Source: Callorhinchus milii (taxonomy: Eukaryota). From it: a DNA stretch of 64,000 nucleotides. A model generated the notes under the pieces. It made no database searches, was not told where the DNA came from, and saw only the letters and a program-made list of their open reading frames with translations. Numbering within the stretch: the first letter of the stretch is position 1; each line of letters begins with the position of its first letter. A program made the position numbers and the translations under genes. Positions 14,225-26,719 of this stretch are shown here, piece by piece. Where the stretch lies: the NCBI RefSeq assembly GCF_018977255.1, contig NW_024704743.1, positions 38,008,001 through 38,072,000 on the forward strand, in the 5' to 3' direction.

Positions 14225-16187
14225 CTATTGCAATAAGGGAAAGAAAGGTCGTGAACTGCAGTGAAGAAAACATAATCACATCATTTTCTTTGACGTCTCT
14301 TTTGCATTGTAATTGTGCACCCTGAGGTAACCCCGCGTCTGAAGCCAACTCCTAACCTGAAAAGGTTTCCCAGCACTGGATTTCTAAAAAGCCTACTAAA
14401 ATTGGATTTCCTGTTGCCTCTGCATTCAGGAGATCAGACTCCATCATAATAACAACATAATAATAATCCTTGCATTTGGTATAATGCCATAGCACGTCAG
14501 AAGAACGTCCCAAAATGCTTCAAAATATTTACTGTGAAATGGAGTGACTGTTTATTTGCAAGCAAACGTGGTAGCACAATTGCTCCCACAAACGACCATG
14601 AAATGAATGACCAATTTTATTTGGGGGATTGTTGGCCAGAACACCAGAAGAAACTCCCTTCTCTTTTTGAATAGTGCCATGGGATCTTCAATATCCATCT
14701 GAACGGGCAAACGGGACCTCGGTTTAATGTCTCATCTGAGTGTTTGCTTAAATCGGAAATGCCTCTGAATAATTTTGTTTACAGCAAAGTTAGAAATGTG
14801 CATGATTTGCGTGAAATTGGCTGCCAAAGTTTGCTCTGTTTGATTTGGAATGAGAGACTGTCATTGTAAAATATTTTCTACTATCCTCATCAGGGGAGTG
14901 GTGGCGGAAAGGAGCAAAGGCAAGTAGGATCTCACCTTGAGCTAAGCTGGCTCCAACATGTCACGCTTCAAACAGAATGTCAGAATTGAGTCAATGCTCT
15001 CTGGCAGTCTCTGTAGTTTGATTCGACTCCTGAGCCAAGTAGGTCTGCAGGAGTACCAAGGCACTGATGATGACAAACCAGCCAGCCTGGCTTTCAGGAG
15101 GACTTGCAGGGATTCAGCTCCTGTTAACCCTGCAAGCCAAAGCTCTAACAGAAAGGGTGGTCCAAACTGAACAAGTACAAACTGCAAACTTGGCAGACAG
15201 TGCTCTCTGTATGGCAAGCTATGTGTTTTTAGCTGGTTATTGGTGAGAGTTTAATCCAATCCACACTCTGGGGTTCTGAAACCTTGGCTCATGCTAATTT
15301 GTGTCAAATGCCATCTGGGATTACATAAAGCAGGGTGTGGCCCTCCCTTCCAGACAATGACATCGGTTGATGGGTTTTCACATGAAAATATATCCCTTTT
15401 GAAAAATTGCTGAATTACATTAATCACTCTGGTCATTTAGTAGTTACCAGGTTTTTTTCAATTTGATTAATCTATAAAAACTAAACCTTACATATAATAA
15501 ATTATCCTGGTCTAATTTATGTCCTTCAATGGGTTAATGAAAACATTACTTCAATCAGACATTAACTTTTCAACTAAAAATGTAAATGAGAATGGTGCAA
15601 CATATCGCAATACATTCCTATGAAGTGTATATTTTTATAATATATATATATATTGACTGCCAAATTAATGGGCTATACAGTAGGTAGAAAATCCTGAGTC
15701 AGAGTGCCAATTAACACAAATTACACCCGTTAGGCCTGAAAAAGACAGGTAGGGTGAGATTTTTGTAAACATTTCAGCGCTTTGTGCAATGGATTATTTT
15801 GCACATGAAGTAAATGCTACTCTATCAAATCATAAAATATTTAGGGTTAATTTAAAGAATAAAAATCCTTTAGAATTTAGATGGTCCTGGGTAAAATGGT
15901 TGAATACACAAATCATATCTAATTAGGGATGCTCCAATGGTTCAGTGAATAAATGTACAAAAGCCTACCTATGATTATAAGTAACACAGACCAGGAAGAA
16001 TTCAGATTAAATCACAGGGCAATTTGTGTGTGTAGGTGGTATGCATTTGTGGAACACCCAGCCTGCATTGGATACGCTTAAGCATCGAGAATAAATGCAT
16101 CAAAGTGAATGTAAGCAAGACAGAAAATATCGAGTACCACTAATTATTTTTCTTGGTCAGCTAGATCTGATACACCAGGAGTCTTGT

Positions 16188-16492
16188 GGAGTCCTGTAGC
16201 TCAGTGGTTAGAGCACTCGCTTTGGAAGTGAGAGACCTGAGTTCAATTCCAGGAAGGGGGAAACCCTTCGGCAAGTTTCCTTACTCCACACAGAGCCTAA
16301 TAATAATCCCTCCAAAACCCAAAACAATAATAAATTGGTCATTGTCAATCTACGACTGTTTGTGGGAGATTGCTGTGCGCAATTGGCTGCCGCGTTCGCC
16401 CACAAATATACTGTCAATTCACTTTACAGTGTGTTCTGTGAAGCGCTTTGGGACGTCCTCCCGACATGAAAAGCGCTATATCAAATGCAAGG

Positions 16493-16525
<33 letters not shown>
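16188..16525 (+). mobile_element. Full-length tRNA-Ala(TGC)-derived SINE with L2-like 3' end
   Basis: GGAGTCCTGTAGCTCAGTGGTTAGAGC (A box), GAGTTCAATTCC (B box); best copies show CTCGC-TTTGCAA-GCGAG anticodon arm; L2-like 3' end plus (ATT)n. Confidence 0.92.
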
Positions 16526-16527
<2 letters not shown>

Positions 16528-19500
16528 ACACAGAAAACAATCACTAAGCTGGTATCCAAACCAGAGTTCCACATTTGTACACGTGGACATTTCCCTGTAT
16601 CTGGAATGGAGCGCACATTCAGACCACCACAGAGCGTTGACTCAATTTCAGCAATCTATTGGTAAGTCTGCCACCTTGCAAGTGGCTCATATCCAAGGAG
16701 ATCCGCGCTTACCTTCTGAAATCTAAGAACATAAGAATGTACTGAACCATAAAAGAATACACATGAAAATTTCCCTTTGTCTGGCATGGTTTGCATACTC
16801 TCTCCACGGAGGTTCACAGCCTGCTTGCATATTTCCAGAAAGCAGACACAGATTGACAAGCTAATGATAAATAGTTAGACAGGGAGAACATGTTACTAAA
16901 AACATGTTTTGAGTAATTACTGTGACAAAACTGTATAATAAGGCATAGCATGATCACCAAAAGCAAAAGTGTCTAATCTTCATTGAAAAGTCATTATTTC
17001 TTATAACCAACTAATAAAGTTGTTTATAAGAAATAGAAAAATAAAATACCTTCAAAAATACTGTGAATTCCTTAGTTTTTTTTATCCAGCATGGTGGCCG
17101 AATTTTTAAAGAAAACACAAATCAATTAATTTAAATAGTAAAAATTCAAGATATAATAAGTACAAAAACTACTGGTAATGAAAGGTTCACTGCTTCATAA
17201 TACAGATGGTGCAGTGTTTGCACAGGCAGTCAAAATAGAACGCTTGATTATAATAAATTATGCAAAGACACAGCTGCCTCAGACGGTTAATGCAATTTGA
17301 TAACCAGAATTTTTTCTCTCTTTCCCATCTGAATTGTGGTGAATTAAATATTAAAGCCTAAAAGCGTGAGGTACACTTAAGCTAAGTGACAGAGTAGACA
17401 CACACATCACGAATCCATCTCTGGCATTCATAAAGAACTAGAGAAGCATTTTGGCTGATTGCCTTTTCTTCTCAAATCTGCAGCTATTCCTGCTCTTAAG
17501 ATTTTCTGCACATCTTTCTTCCTCATCTTATGTTTTACCTCCACCTTCTAATGTGTCCTTCCCTTCCTCCCAATTATTTTTGCTCATGTCATCTTTGATA
17601 AGGTTTGAAGTCCTTTCAATTTAGCTACTCACAGAACATTTTCTTCAGATTTATTCTACATTTTCTGTACCATAGCTTTTCACTTTTCTTAATCAGAATC
17701 TGCTTTATAAAATGTAACCTCATTGGACAATGATTCTGAAAATCTTAACAAGTTGAAAGAGCAAAATAGGTTAATGATTTGAACATAGCCGTGTATCAAA
17801 ATGTTCAGGGATGTCAGTTCTGAAAACTCTATTGTGTGCTTCTCTTTGTCCATCTTTTTGTCTCTGTTATTGTCTTATACTTTTCTTGTTTACAATTGTA
17901 TATTTTACTAAAGTCTGTTTTCACAACCATATTTCTCATCTTAGAATTTGCTTCCAGCTCTAGTTATTTCCTCATGGATTCCAGCTGAAATGTCACCCTT
18001 TCTATTTCAGGTTTGTAGGTGTGCTGAAAGATTACACAAGAAATGTATCTCAGTCTTTTGGATATTATAATAATTTGCATTTATATAGAGATCGATTACA
18101 ATCACCAGGAGCAAAAGTAGTCTAATCTCCTTCATTGAAGAGTCATTATTTGCTTGATTAAGTGGTTATAAATGGTTTGGGTTCAAAAACTCAAGACTAC
18201 TCTAAAAAAAATACTAATCAGCATTTTTATTTCCTTCGCAAAGTGAATTGGCGACACTTCATAACAGACATGCACGATAATCTATTCATTTGATATAGCA
18301 ACTTTCACATTTGGAAGATGTCTCAAGTGCTTCACAGGATATACGGTAAACCTCAATGACTGTATTTTGCATGGGAAGCAGCAACTACTTTTGCCAGAGA
18401 TTGATTATGACTATTATTATATTATTGAACCCAATCTTCTGATTCATAGGTGAGAATGCTACCACGTGATTCAGTTTGACACTTTTTACACAGGATGTTA
18501 CTTTAATGGCACTTCCTGGACATAGAAAGAATCCACAATATGCAAAGTAAACTGTCAGATCAGTGCCAAAACCTGAATTGCACTGCACTCCCATAAAATG
18601 TGGGTCCACGTAACAGCCGTACTACAAGCAGACCTGGTTAAATGTGGATGTGTTATAGCACAGCACCTTCTAGCACCTTTCGCATAAAATATTTTGAAAC
18701 GCTTTACAAATTCTAGATGAAGTGAAGATTGGTATATAGACAAACAACTAGTTTGAATTTCAGAATAAATTCTGAAGAGGGGAACTTAAACCAGGTTAAC
18801 CAGGAGAATATAAATCCACACTTCTTTGAAAAAACAGCAGCAAGGTGGTCCACTGACATCCTCCTGAATCACAAAGCATATAGAATTTAACTTAAAACGA
18901 GTGTGGGAGTCGCAATAGAGTTGGTCAAGTTCAAAAGAAAAAAAAGAATTATGATCAAACAGAATGAGATTTCAAACCCTTTCAAAAAGACCAAAGCTGC
19001 TTTTTTTAAAAAAAACAGGTGTACAAAAAATAGACATTTTTAAATAATTACAAGAGCATACTAGTCTGGCTCAGTTGAGTGATGGATCTGTTCTTCAAGC
19101 ATTAACCTTCAGGTAACCCAATATAGAGTATCTTTTCTCGCATTGGTTAATGATTCCCACCACTAGTATATACAAACAAGCACTAACCCCCAGATAAGCC
19201 AATACAGGATGTTTCTCTCTCTCTCTCCCTCTCTCTAAACCTCCCCAACCTACATAAACACATATATACATATCTACATACATAGACAGATGGTTAACTT
19301 GCCACCATGAGTGTGATACACACACTTTATATTTCCCTATACCCCCAGTAAGATGAAAACGATACTGCCTGTTCAGACACGTAGATGATTAACATTCCTT
19401 TGGGTCTGGGTGTTACCGAACTATAAAATGGCGCATCTGTAATAAATTCATCCATCACTGACTCACTTTCATTGATGTAGGATGACAATGCACAGACATT

Positions 19501-21879
19501 GCACTTGAGCAAGGCATAATTAAATAAGTGTAGATGTTAAAAAGTGGAACAGTCTATATATAGAATAAAAAGGTACCAATGCACTTCTATTATTCATATA
19601 GTTTATAATAAGTTTATAATGTGCAGATAGTAGATTTATAGAGCTATTTTTAGTGTAAAATGTTTATACATATATTACAGTACAAAAGAAAGCTATATTA
19701 TACTAGTTTCCATTAGAGTTGTTTAACCTTATACCATTTCCTTATTCTTCACAAGTTCCCCTTTATATTGTTTTCAAATACTTATCCAATTCCCTTTTCA
19801 AGATGCAAAATGCTGCAGATGCTGGAAATCTGAAACAAAAATAGAAGTCCCTGGGAACAGTGCTGCCTGACCTGCTCCCAGCGACTTCTGTTCTTGTTTC
19901 CCTTTTCAAGATGTCTTTGTTGTGCGTTTGCAACACTATGTACAGTGCCTGTGTGGAAAACACTTGAACAGCGAGTCACAAGAACAGGAGCACAGGTAGT
20001 GATCCCAATATCAAAATCTAACCAGGGTTATCAACAACAACAACTTGCACTTATATAGACGCTATCCCATGCAGGGGAGTGTCTCAGAGAGCTTAACAGT
20101 GGCAGAGCCCGACTCCAAGCCGGGGGGTTGGGAGGTGGCCGTAAGCACAGTCGAAGAGGCAAGTTTTCAGGCAGGACTTGAAAAAGTCTTTTTTAAAAGC
20201 AATCTTGAGAGTTCACGATTGTTACAAACACCTCCAGCCGATAAGATTTTACCTGAATCTTCTGATTGTGCTGCAACACAGCAAAGCACTCTAAGATAAT
20301 TATTATTCCATTCTATTTGGCTTACTTTACAAGTAAAGTAAGCCAAATAGAATGATCAATACTGTCAGGTTTACAGGCCGATATAGATCTTGCGCTGGCT
20401 TGGTTGGGCATGTGGTTGTTTGATGAACTTGGCATCGTTCGTCATTGCCACAGTGTGTAAAGTGATTACTAATTGTCTCATCCTTCCAAATGACAGGTCT
20501 TTACAAAACAAGAGAGCCAGGCTTAAAGCCTGGTTCGGTTAACAAACCAGATGTTGAAGATTTGCTTACAAGGTTTATTAAATACAATTTTTTGTAAAGC
20601 TAAAATACTAAATTTACTAGAATCAATCTTCCATCAGATTTAAACAAAATATTCCAGAGGAACTACCTTCTAGTAATCACAAAACAAGTACTTTTGAGAA
20701 ATCTTTCTCAAGAACGTTGCACATGAATTCCATTCCACAGTGAGATAACCACTCTAACTGCATTGCTTACAATTGTTAACTTGGGTCACGTTCAAAATAT
20801 TTGATTTCCTTTAAACTCAATGTTTGTCTCCTTTTCCTTCAGGTACCTTGCCATTAATTCTAGGTCTCAAAATAAATAAAACTGATGACTCTCACTCCAT
20901 GCTTTGCGTGGGGCATTGCTGTGCGCAAAATGGGTGCCATATTCACCCACAAAATCCACACGCTCATGCCGCTTTACACACTATATCCTGTGAAGTGCAC
21001 TGACACATCTCTATGAGGTGATAAGGCGCTATAAAAAAAATGCAAGTATAATAATTTGTTTTCATCAGCTGGGTGTCAGAGACATACAGAAACCAATTAC
21101 CATGCTTGAGTATCCAAAGCAGTCTGAGTTTCATATGTCAGCTTGTGTGATAGCCTGGTTTAGTTAGTCGCACTCTTGCCTTAAGTGTCAAAAGGTTGTC
21201 AGGACGACAGATTCATAATCTAGGCCAGGGTGGTCCAACTGGCTTCCCACCGGCCACTTACAACACTTGGTATGATTTCATCCGGCCAACGAACACGGTC
21301 GCAATTCGTGTCCGGAGCTGAAGTTTGGTCTGACCCAGTGAAAAAAACAGTGACGACAAGTGGCAGTTAGCAGCAAACATGTCGATCACTTTCAAACTGG
21401 TAACATGAGAGTCACGCAGAGAGAGAGATACAGAGACATACAGACAGAGAGAGACTGCTTTATACATAGACAGACAGAGAGAGAGAGAGATACAGACACA
21501 GACACACACACAGGGGTACAAAGACAACAACAACTTGTATCTATATAGTGCTCTTCACCCGGCTGCCCCGCATGAAGGGTGCTTTATAAAAGCAGATTCC
21601 ATGGCACTATTCACACACATCGGAAACACACACAGACGGAGAAATTCAGTGATATACAGAGAGAGAGAGACACACACACACACACACACAGATACCTTGA
21701 TGCTGGCTGTATATTTGTTTTATAAAATTTGTATAAACTTTTATATTTGCCTATTTAAAGTTTGCTTTATAACTAAGATATAGTGAAATTAAGTAATACT
21801 GTTGTACAATTTAAAACATAGGATTTTTATACTATTCTTACGGGCTATGTTACTGGAAGGCAAACACAAACATATTGCT

Positions 21880-22845
21880 TATTCCTTTCTACCCCACATC
21901 TGTGCCATGGCATGCCTTCTCCCATCTCCGCAACGTTGCCCGGCTTCACCACTGTCTCACACCGCGAACCGCCAAAACCTTCATACACGCCTTCATTATA
22001 TCAAGGCTTGACTACACAAACTCACTGCTTGTCGGCCTCCTTCCTCCACAGGCTGCAGATCATCCAAAGCTCTGCAGCCCATGTCCTCTCCCACACCAGG
22101 CTCCGTGACCCTATCACCCCCATCCTCGCCCAACTTCACTGGCTTCCCATCACACAGAGGATACAGTTCAAGTGAGAGACCTGAGTTCAATTCCAGGCAG
22201 AGGGCGAAACCTTGGGCAAGTTTCCTTACTCCACACAGAGCCTAATAATAATCCCTCCAAAAAAACAAAACAATAATAAATTGGTCATTTTCAATCCACG
22301 ACTGTTTGTGGGACATTGCTGTGCGCAATTGGCTGCTGCGTTCGCCCACAAATATAGTCAATTCACTTTACAGTATATTCTGTGAAGCGCTTTGGGACGT
22401 CTAGAAGACGTGAAAAGCGCTATATCAAATGCAAGGATTATTATTATTATTAAGTTCCTGGTCCTCACCTTCGAAGCCCTCCACGGTCTTGCTCCCTCCT
22501 ATCTCTGCGACCTCCTAACCCCCTTCCACCCTGCTCGCTCCCTCCGCTCAGCGGTCTCCGGCCTGCTTCACATCCCCCGCCTTGCTCACCCCACTGCCAT
22601 TCTGCCCCCATCCTCTGGAACTCTATCCCGCAGTCCCTCCACCTCGCCCCCTCCCTTGCCTCCTTCAAGATCCATCTCAAGACCCTCCTTTTTGACCGTG
22701 CTTTTGATCATCCTACTCTCCCCCCCTGCCCTCCACCCTCCTTGACACCGACCCCCACCTCGGGTCTATAACTCTGTTGTCCAGTGCGTTAGGACATCCT
22801 CCCGACGTGAACGGCGCTTTACAAATGTAGTAGTTTTGTTGCTTC
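21880..22845 (+). mobile_element. L2 3' fragment interrupted by a 5'-truncated SINE (~22170-22451)
   Basis: L2 frame LHWLPITQRIQFK resumes as FLVLTFEALHGLAP after the SINE tail. Confidence 0.88.
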
Positions 22846-22899
22846 TTGTAGTAGTATGGGACCCAAGAACGTTTCTCAAGCCCAGCATCCAGCCCTCAG

Positions 22900-23160
22900 C
22901 AGTCAAAAGGTTGGGCCCCTGTCTAAGCTGATACACTAGTGCAGTGTTGGGGACCCTCTGCAGTGTTGAAGGTGCCATCCTTCAGGAGACTTTAAATATA
23001 GGTCCCGTCTGCTGGGTCAGATGGATGTTATAGATCCCATGGCACCATTCAAAAAGAGAAGGGAATTTCTCCCCGTGTCCTGGCCAACAATCTCCCAGAT
23101 AAAATTGGCCATTCACTTTACGGCTGTCGGACATTGCTGTGCAGCCGTATTCACCTAAAA
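22900..23160 (+). mobile_element. Old Deu-domain SINE (SacSINE1/AmnSINE1-like); further degraded copies near 11140-11290(-), 14455-14740(-), 23540-23880(-), 34860-35050(-), 40730-41030(+), 42275-42400(-), 43545-43740(+), 48810-49190(+)
   Basis: Recurrent core gatcccatggcac.attc.aa..agag.agggag.ttctccc..gtgtcctggccaa resembling the recalled Deu domain. Confidence 0.65.
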
Positions 23161-24404
23161 TGCACAATAACTACCAACAGCATTCTGTTTCTACAGGTAT
23201 AGTTTTCCCTGTAAAACGGCGTATAAATACGCGGTCTACTGAAAAACCCATAGAGTTGGCAGGTAGACAGAATGTTCGGTGGGCCGGATGAAATCATCCC
23301 CCGAGCCACCAGATGGACCATCCTGTTGAAGGGTAAATCCATTAAAAATAATTTGGTAAATAGTATGTTTACTACAGACCAATTATACAGATTATATGTT
23401 AGATAAACATGTATATTACCAGACTGAGGTGTAATGTATATGGATCATAGACAGATCATATAGATTATATTATATATTACCAGCTGGATTATAAATTATA
23501 TGTTAGATAAACGTGCTTTTAACAGTTGTCAGCATACAAAAATCCTTACATTTAGCATAGCGCCTTTCTCGTCACATAGCGCTTCGCAGGATACCCTGTT
23601 AAATATAGGGACTGTGTTTTATGGGCAAAGACAGCAGATAATTTCCCTGCAGACCACAAACAGTCACAAAGTGAATGACCAATTTTATTTGGGAGATCGT
23701 TGGCCAGGATACGAAGAGAAACTCCTTCTCAAATAATATCGAAGGATCTCCAACAAGGGAACACACTCCCAACACTGCATTGGCACGTCAGCTTAAACTA
23801 TACGAATCCCAACATGGGGCTTGAACCCACCATCCTCTGACTCAAGAGGTGCGAGTGCTATCAACTAAGCCAGATTGACAACCCTGATTACCATAGACCA
23901 ATTATAGATGATATATTACAGACAAATACAGTACCAGACATATGTGTGTTACATATATGCTAGAGATAGGTGATTTAGATCATATGTTGACTTTACAGTC
24001 TATTCTGTGAAGCACTTTGAGACATCTTGAAGATGCGCATGTTCATTTCCAGACCATTGTGTGCTGCATATATACTACAGGTGGGTAATATAGATGATAT
24101 AGATTATATAGACATTCTCATAATCAGACTGCAGTGTGTTGTGCATATATATATATATATACACACACACACAAACACAATGACAGGTTACATATATTGG
24201 ATACAGACTTATACCGCCAAGACCATAGTGTGTTGTATATATAAATGTATACACACAAAAGGCAGGTTATATTGTATAATATACACTCATATTAGCAGAG
24301 CGCTGTGTATTGTACAGACAGGTTAGATTATATTAGAGATGACACACAAAACATACACACACAGAGCAGAATGTGTTGTACAGACAAGTTAGATTATATT
24401 AGAG

Positions 24405-25040
24405 ATGACACACAGACACACAGTCATACACAGACAGACGCAGTCACACACACAGTCACACACACACACAGTCACACAGAGTCACACACACAGACACAGA
24501 CAGAAACACACACAGATAGACACACAGTCACGCACACACAGTCACACAGTCACACACACAGTCAGTCACACTCACACAGTCAGTCACACTCACACACAGT
24601 CAGTCACACAGTCACACACACACACAGTAACACTCACACACACAGTCACACACACAGTCACACTCACACACAGTCACACACACAGTCAGTCACACACACA
24701 CACACACAGTCACACACACACACAGTAACACTCACACACACAGTCACACACACAGTCACACTCACACACAGTCACACACACAGTCAGTCACACACAGTCA
24801 CACACACAGTCACACACACACACAGTCATACACACACACAGTCACACACACACACAGTCACACACAGTCAGTCACACACAGTCACACACAGTCACACACA
24901 CACACACAGTCACACACACACACACAGTCAGTCACACACAGTCACACACACACACACAGTCACACACACACACAGTCAGTCACACACAGTCACACACACA
25001 CAGTCACACACACACAGTCACACACACACACAGTCAGACA
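24405..25040. repeat. (CA)-rich compound tandem repeat, CAGTCA(CA)n units
   Basis: Directly visible; starts at the ATP2C1 exon-1 donor. Confidence 0.97.
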
Positions 25041-25045
25041 CTCAC

Positions 25046-25063
25046 GTTAGCAGGCCGCGGCAT
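25046..25063 (-). CDS. ATP2C1: Probable first coding exon of ATP2C1 (MPRPAN, phase 0)
   Basis: Minus strand reads ggtcagcATGCCGCGGCCTGCTAAC|GTGAGT: A at -3, consensus donor, inside a CpG-rich patch, and in frame with the 14114-14224 exon. The peptide is too short to confirm by homology. Confidence 0.65.
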
Positions 25064-25275
25064 GCTGACCGCCGGCTCCTCGCGCTCCCATTAATCTCCA
25101 GTCAGACGGTTGCTGCGGCTCTCGCGCCGCTCCGCTCGAGACTCCCAAACACCCGACACAACGGACCGGAAGTGAGCGGCCGCCGGTGCAGCAGCGCACA
25201 CCCTACTTCCGGTGTGGGAGCGCCTGCGCCGACAGCCGTCACTCAACCGCTGGGGGGGGCGGGGCGTGTGGACAC
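25046..25275 (-). promoter_or_regulatory. CpG-rich promoter / first exon region of ATP2C1
   Basis: Dense CpG in a CpG-poor window; ETS motifs CCGGAAGT (~25166) and ACTTCCGG (~25205); GC box GGGGCGGGGC near 25256-25265. Confidence 0.75.
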
Positions 25276-26203
25276 TGCCCCCTCCACCTCACACCGTGTG
25301 CACAGCTCTCACTGTCACCATCAGAGACTGTCGGCCTTCCCACCTCCTCCCTCCACAGGCGGCAGATCATCCACAGCTCTGCAGCCCGTGTCCTCTCCCG
25401 CACCAACCTCCGCGACCCCATCCCCCCCACTCTCGCCCGACTCCACTGGCTCCCTGTCCCTCAGAGGATCCAGTTCAAGCTCCTGGTCCTCACCTCCAAA
25501 GCCCTCCATGGCCTCGCCCCACCCTACCTCTGCGACCTCCTAACCCCCTACCAACCCGCCCGCTCAGCCGGCTCTGTCCCGCTCCACGTCCCCCGACCCA
25601 CCCGCCCCACCGTTGGCGGGAGAGCCTTCAGCCACTCTGCTCCCAACCTCTGGAATTCCATCCCCCAGTTACTCCGCCTCACCCCCTTCTTGGCCTCCTT
25701 AATAATAATAATAATAATAATCCTTGCATTTGATATAGCGCTTTTCACGTCGGGAGGACGTCCCAAAGCGCTTCACAGAACACACTGCAAAGTGAATTGA
25801 CTGTATATTTGTGGGCGAACACGGCAGCCAATTGCGCACAGCAATGTCCCACAAACAGTCGTAGATTGAAAATGACCAATTTATCATTGTTTTGTTTTGG
25901 AGGTATTATTATTAGGCTCTGTGTGGAGTAAGGAAACTTGCCCAAGGTTTCACCCTCTGCCTGGAATTGAACTCAGGTCTCTCGCTTGCAAAGCGAGTGC
26001 TCTAACCACTGAGCTACAGGACTCCACTCCTTCAAGTCCCACCTCAAGACACCCTCCTCTTCGACCATCCTATCGGCCACCCCCCTTCCCCTCCCCCCCC
26101 TTCTCCCCCCCCCCCCCCCCCCCCCAGCTCGCGTCTGAAATGCAGTACTCTGTCCAACGCCTTGGGACGTTGTCCCGACGTGAAAGGCGCTATACAAATG
26201 TTG
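25275..26203 (+). mobile_element. L2 3' fragment containing a full-length antisense SINE (25701-26026)
   Basis: LHWLPVPQRIQFKLLVL motif; SINE flanked by CTCCTT at 25695-25700 and 26027-26032 (likely target-site duplication). Confidence 0.9.
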
Positions 26204-26204
26204 T

Positions 26205-26715
26205 ATCAGACAGTACACTTAATATCAGTCTGTATAGAGGTGTCTCTGTTAATATCAGACTGTATAGAGGTGTCTCTGTTAATATCAGTCTGTATAGAGG
26301 TGTCTCTTAATATCAGACTGTATAGAAGTGTCACTGTTAATATCAGACTGTATAGAGGTGTCATTGTTAATATCAGACTGTATTGAGGTGTCACTGTTAA
26401 TATCAGACTGTATATAGGTCACTGTTAATATCAGACTGTGTAGAGGTGTCACTGTTAATAGCAGACTGTATTGAGGTGTCATTGTTAATATCAGACTGTA
26501 TTGAGGTGTCACTGTTAATATCAGACTGTATAGAGGTGTCACTGTTAATATCAGACTGTATTGAGGTGTCTCTGTTAATATCAGACTGTATAGAGGTCAC
26601 TGTTAATATCAGACTGTATAGAGGTGTCACTGTTAATATCAGACTGTATATAGGTCACTGTTAATATCAGACTGTGTAGAGGTGTCACTGTTAATAGCAG
26701 ACTGTATAGAGGTGT
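26205..26715. repeat. Minisatellite, 28-30 bp unit TGTTAATATCAGACTGTATAGAGGTGTCAC, about 17 copies
   Basis: Head-to-tail units, no unique spacers. Confidence 0.96.
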
Positions 26716-26719
26716 ATCC

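Noticed and set aside
19327..19512. Protein-like ORF MDEFITDAPFYSSVTPRPKG in intron 1
   Set aside because: No convincing splice donor or recognisable homology.
24305..25543. 412-aa His/Thr-rich ORF
   Set aside because: Translation of a CA repeat running into the promoter and an L2 fragment.
26205..26715. CRISPR-like 30-bp periodicity
   Set aside because: No unique spacers, no cas genes, vertebrate context; plain minisatellite.
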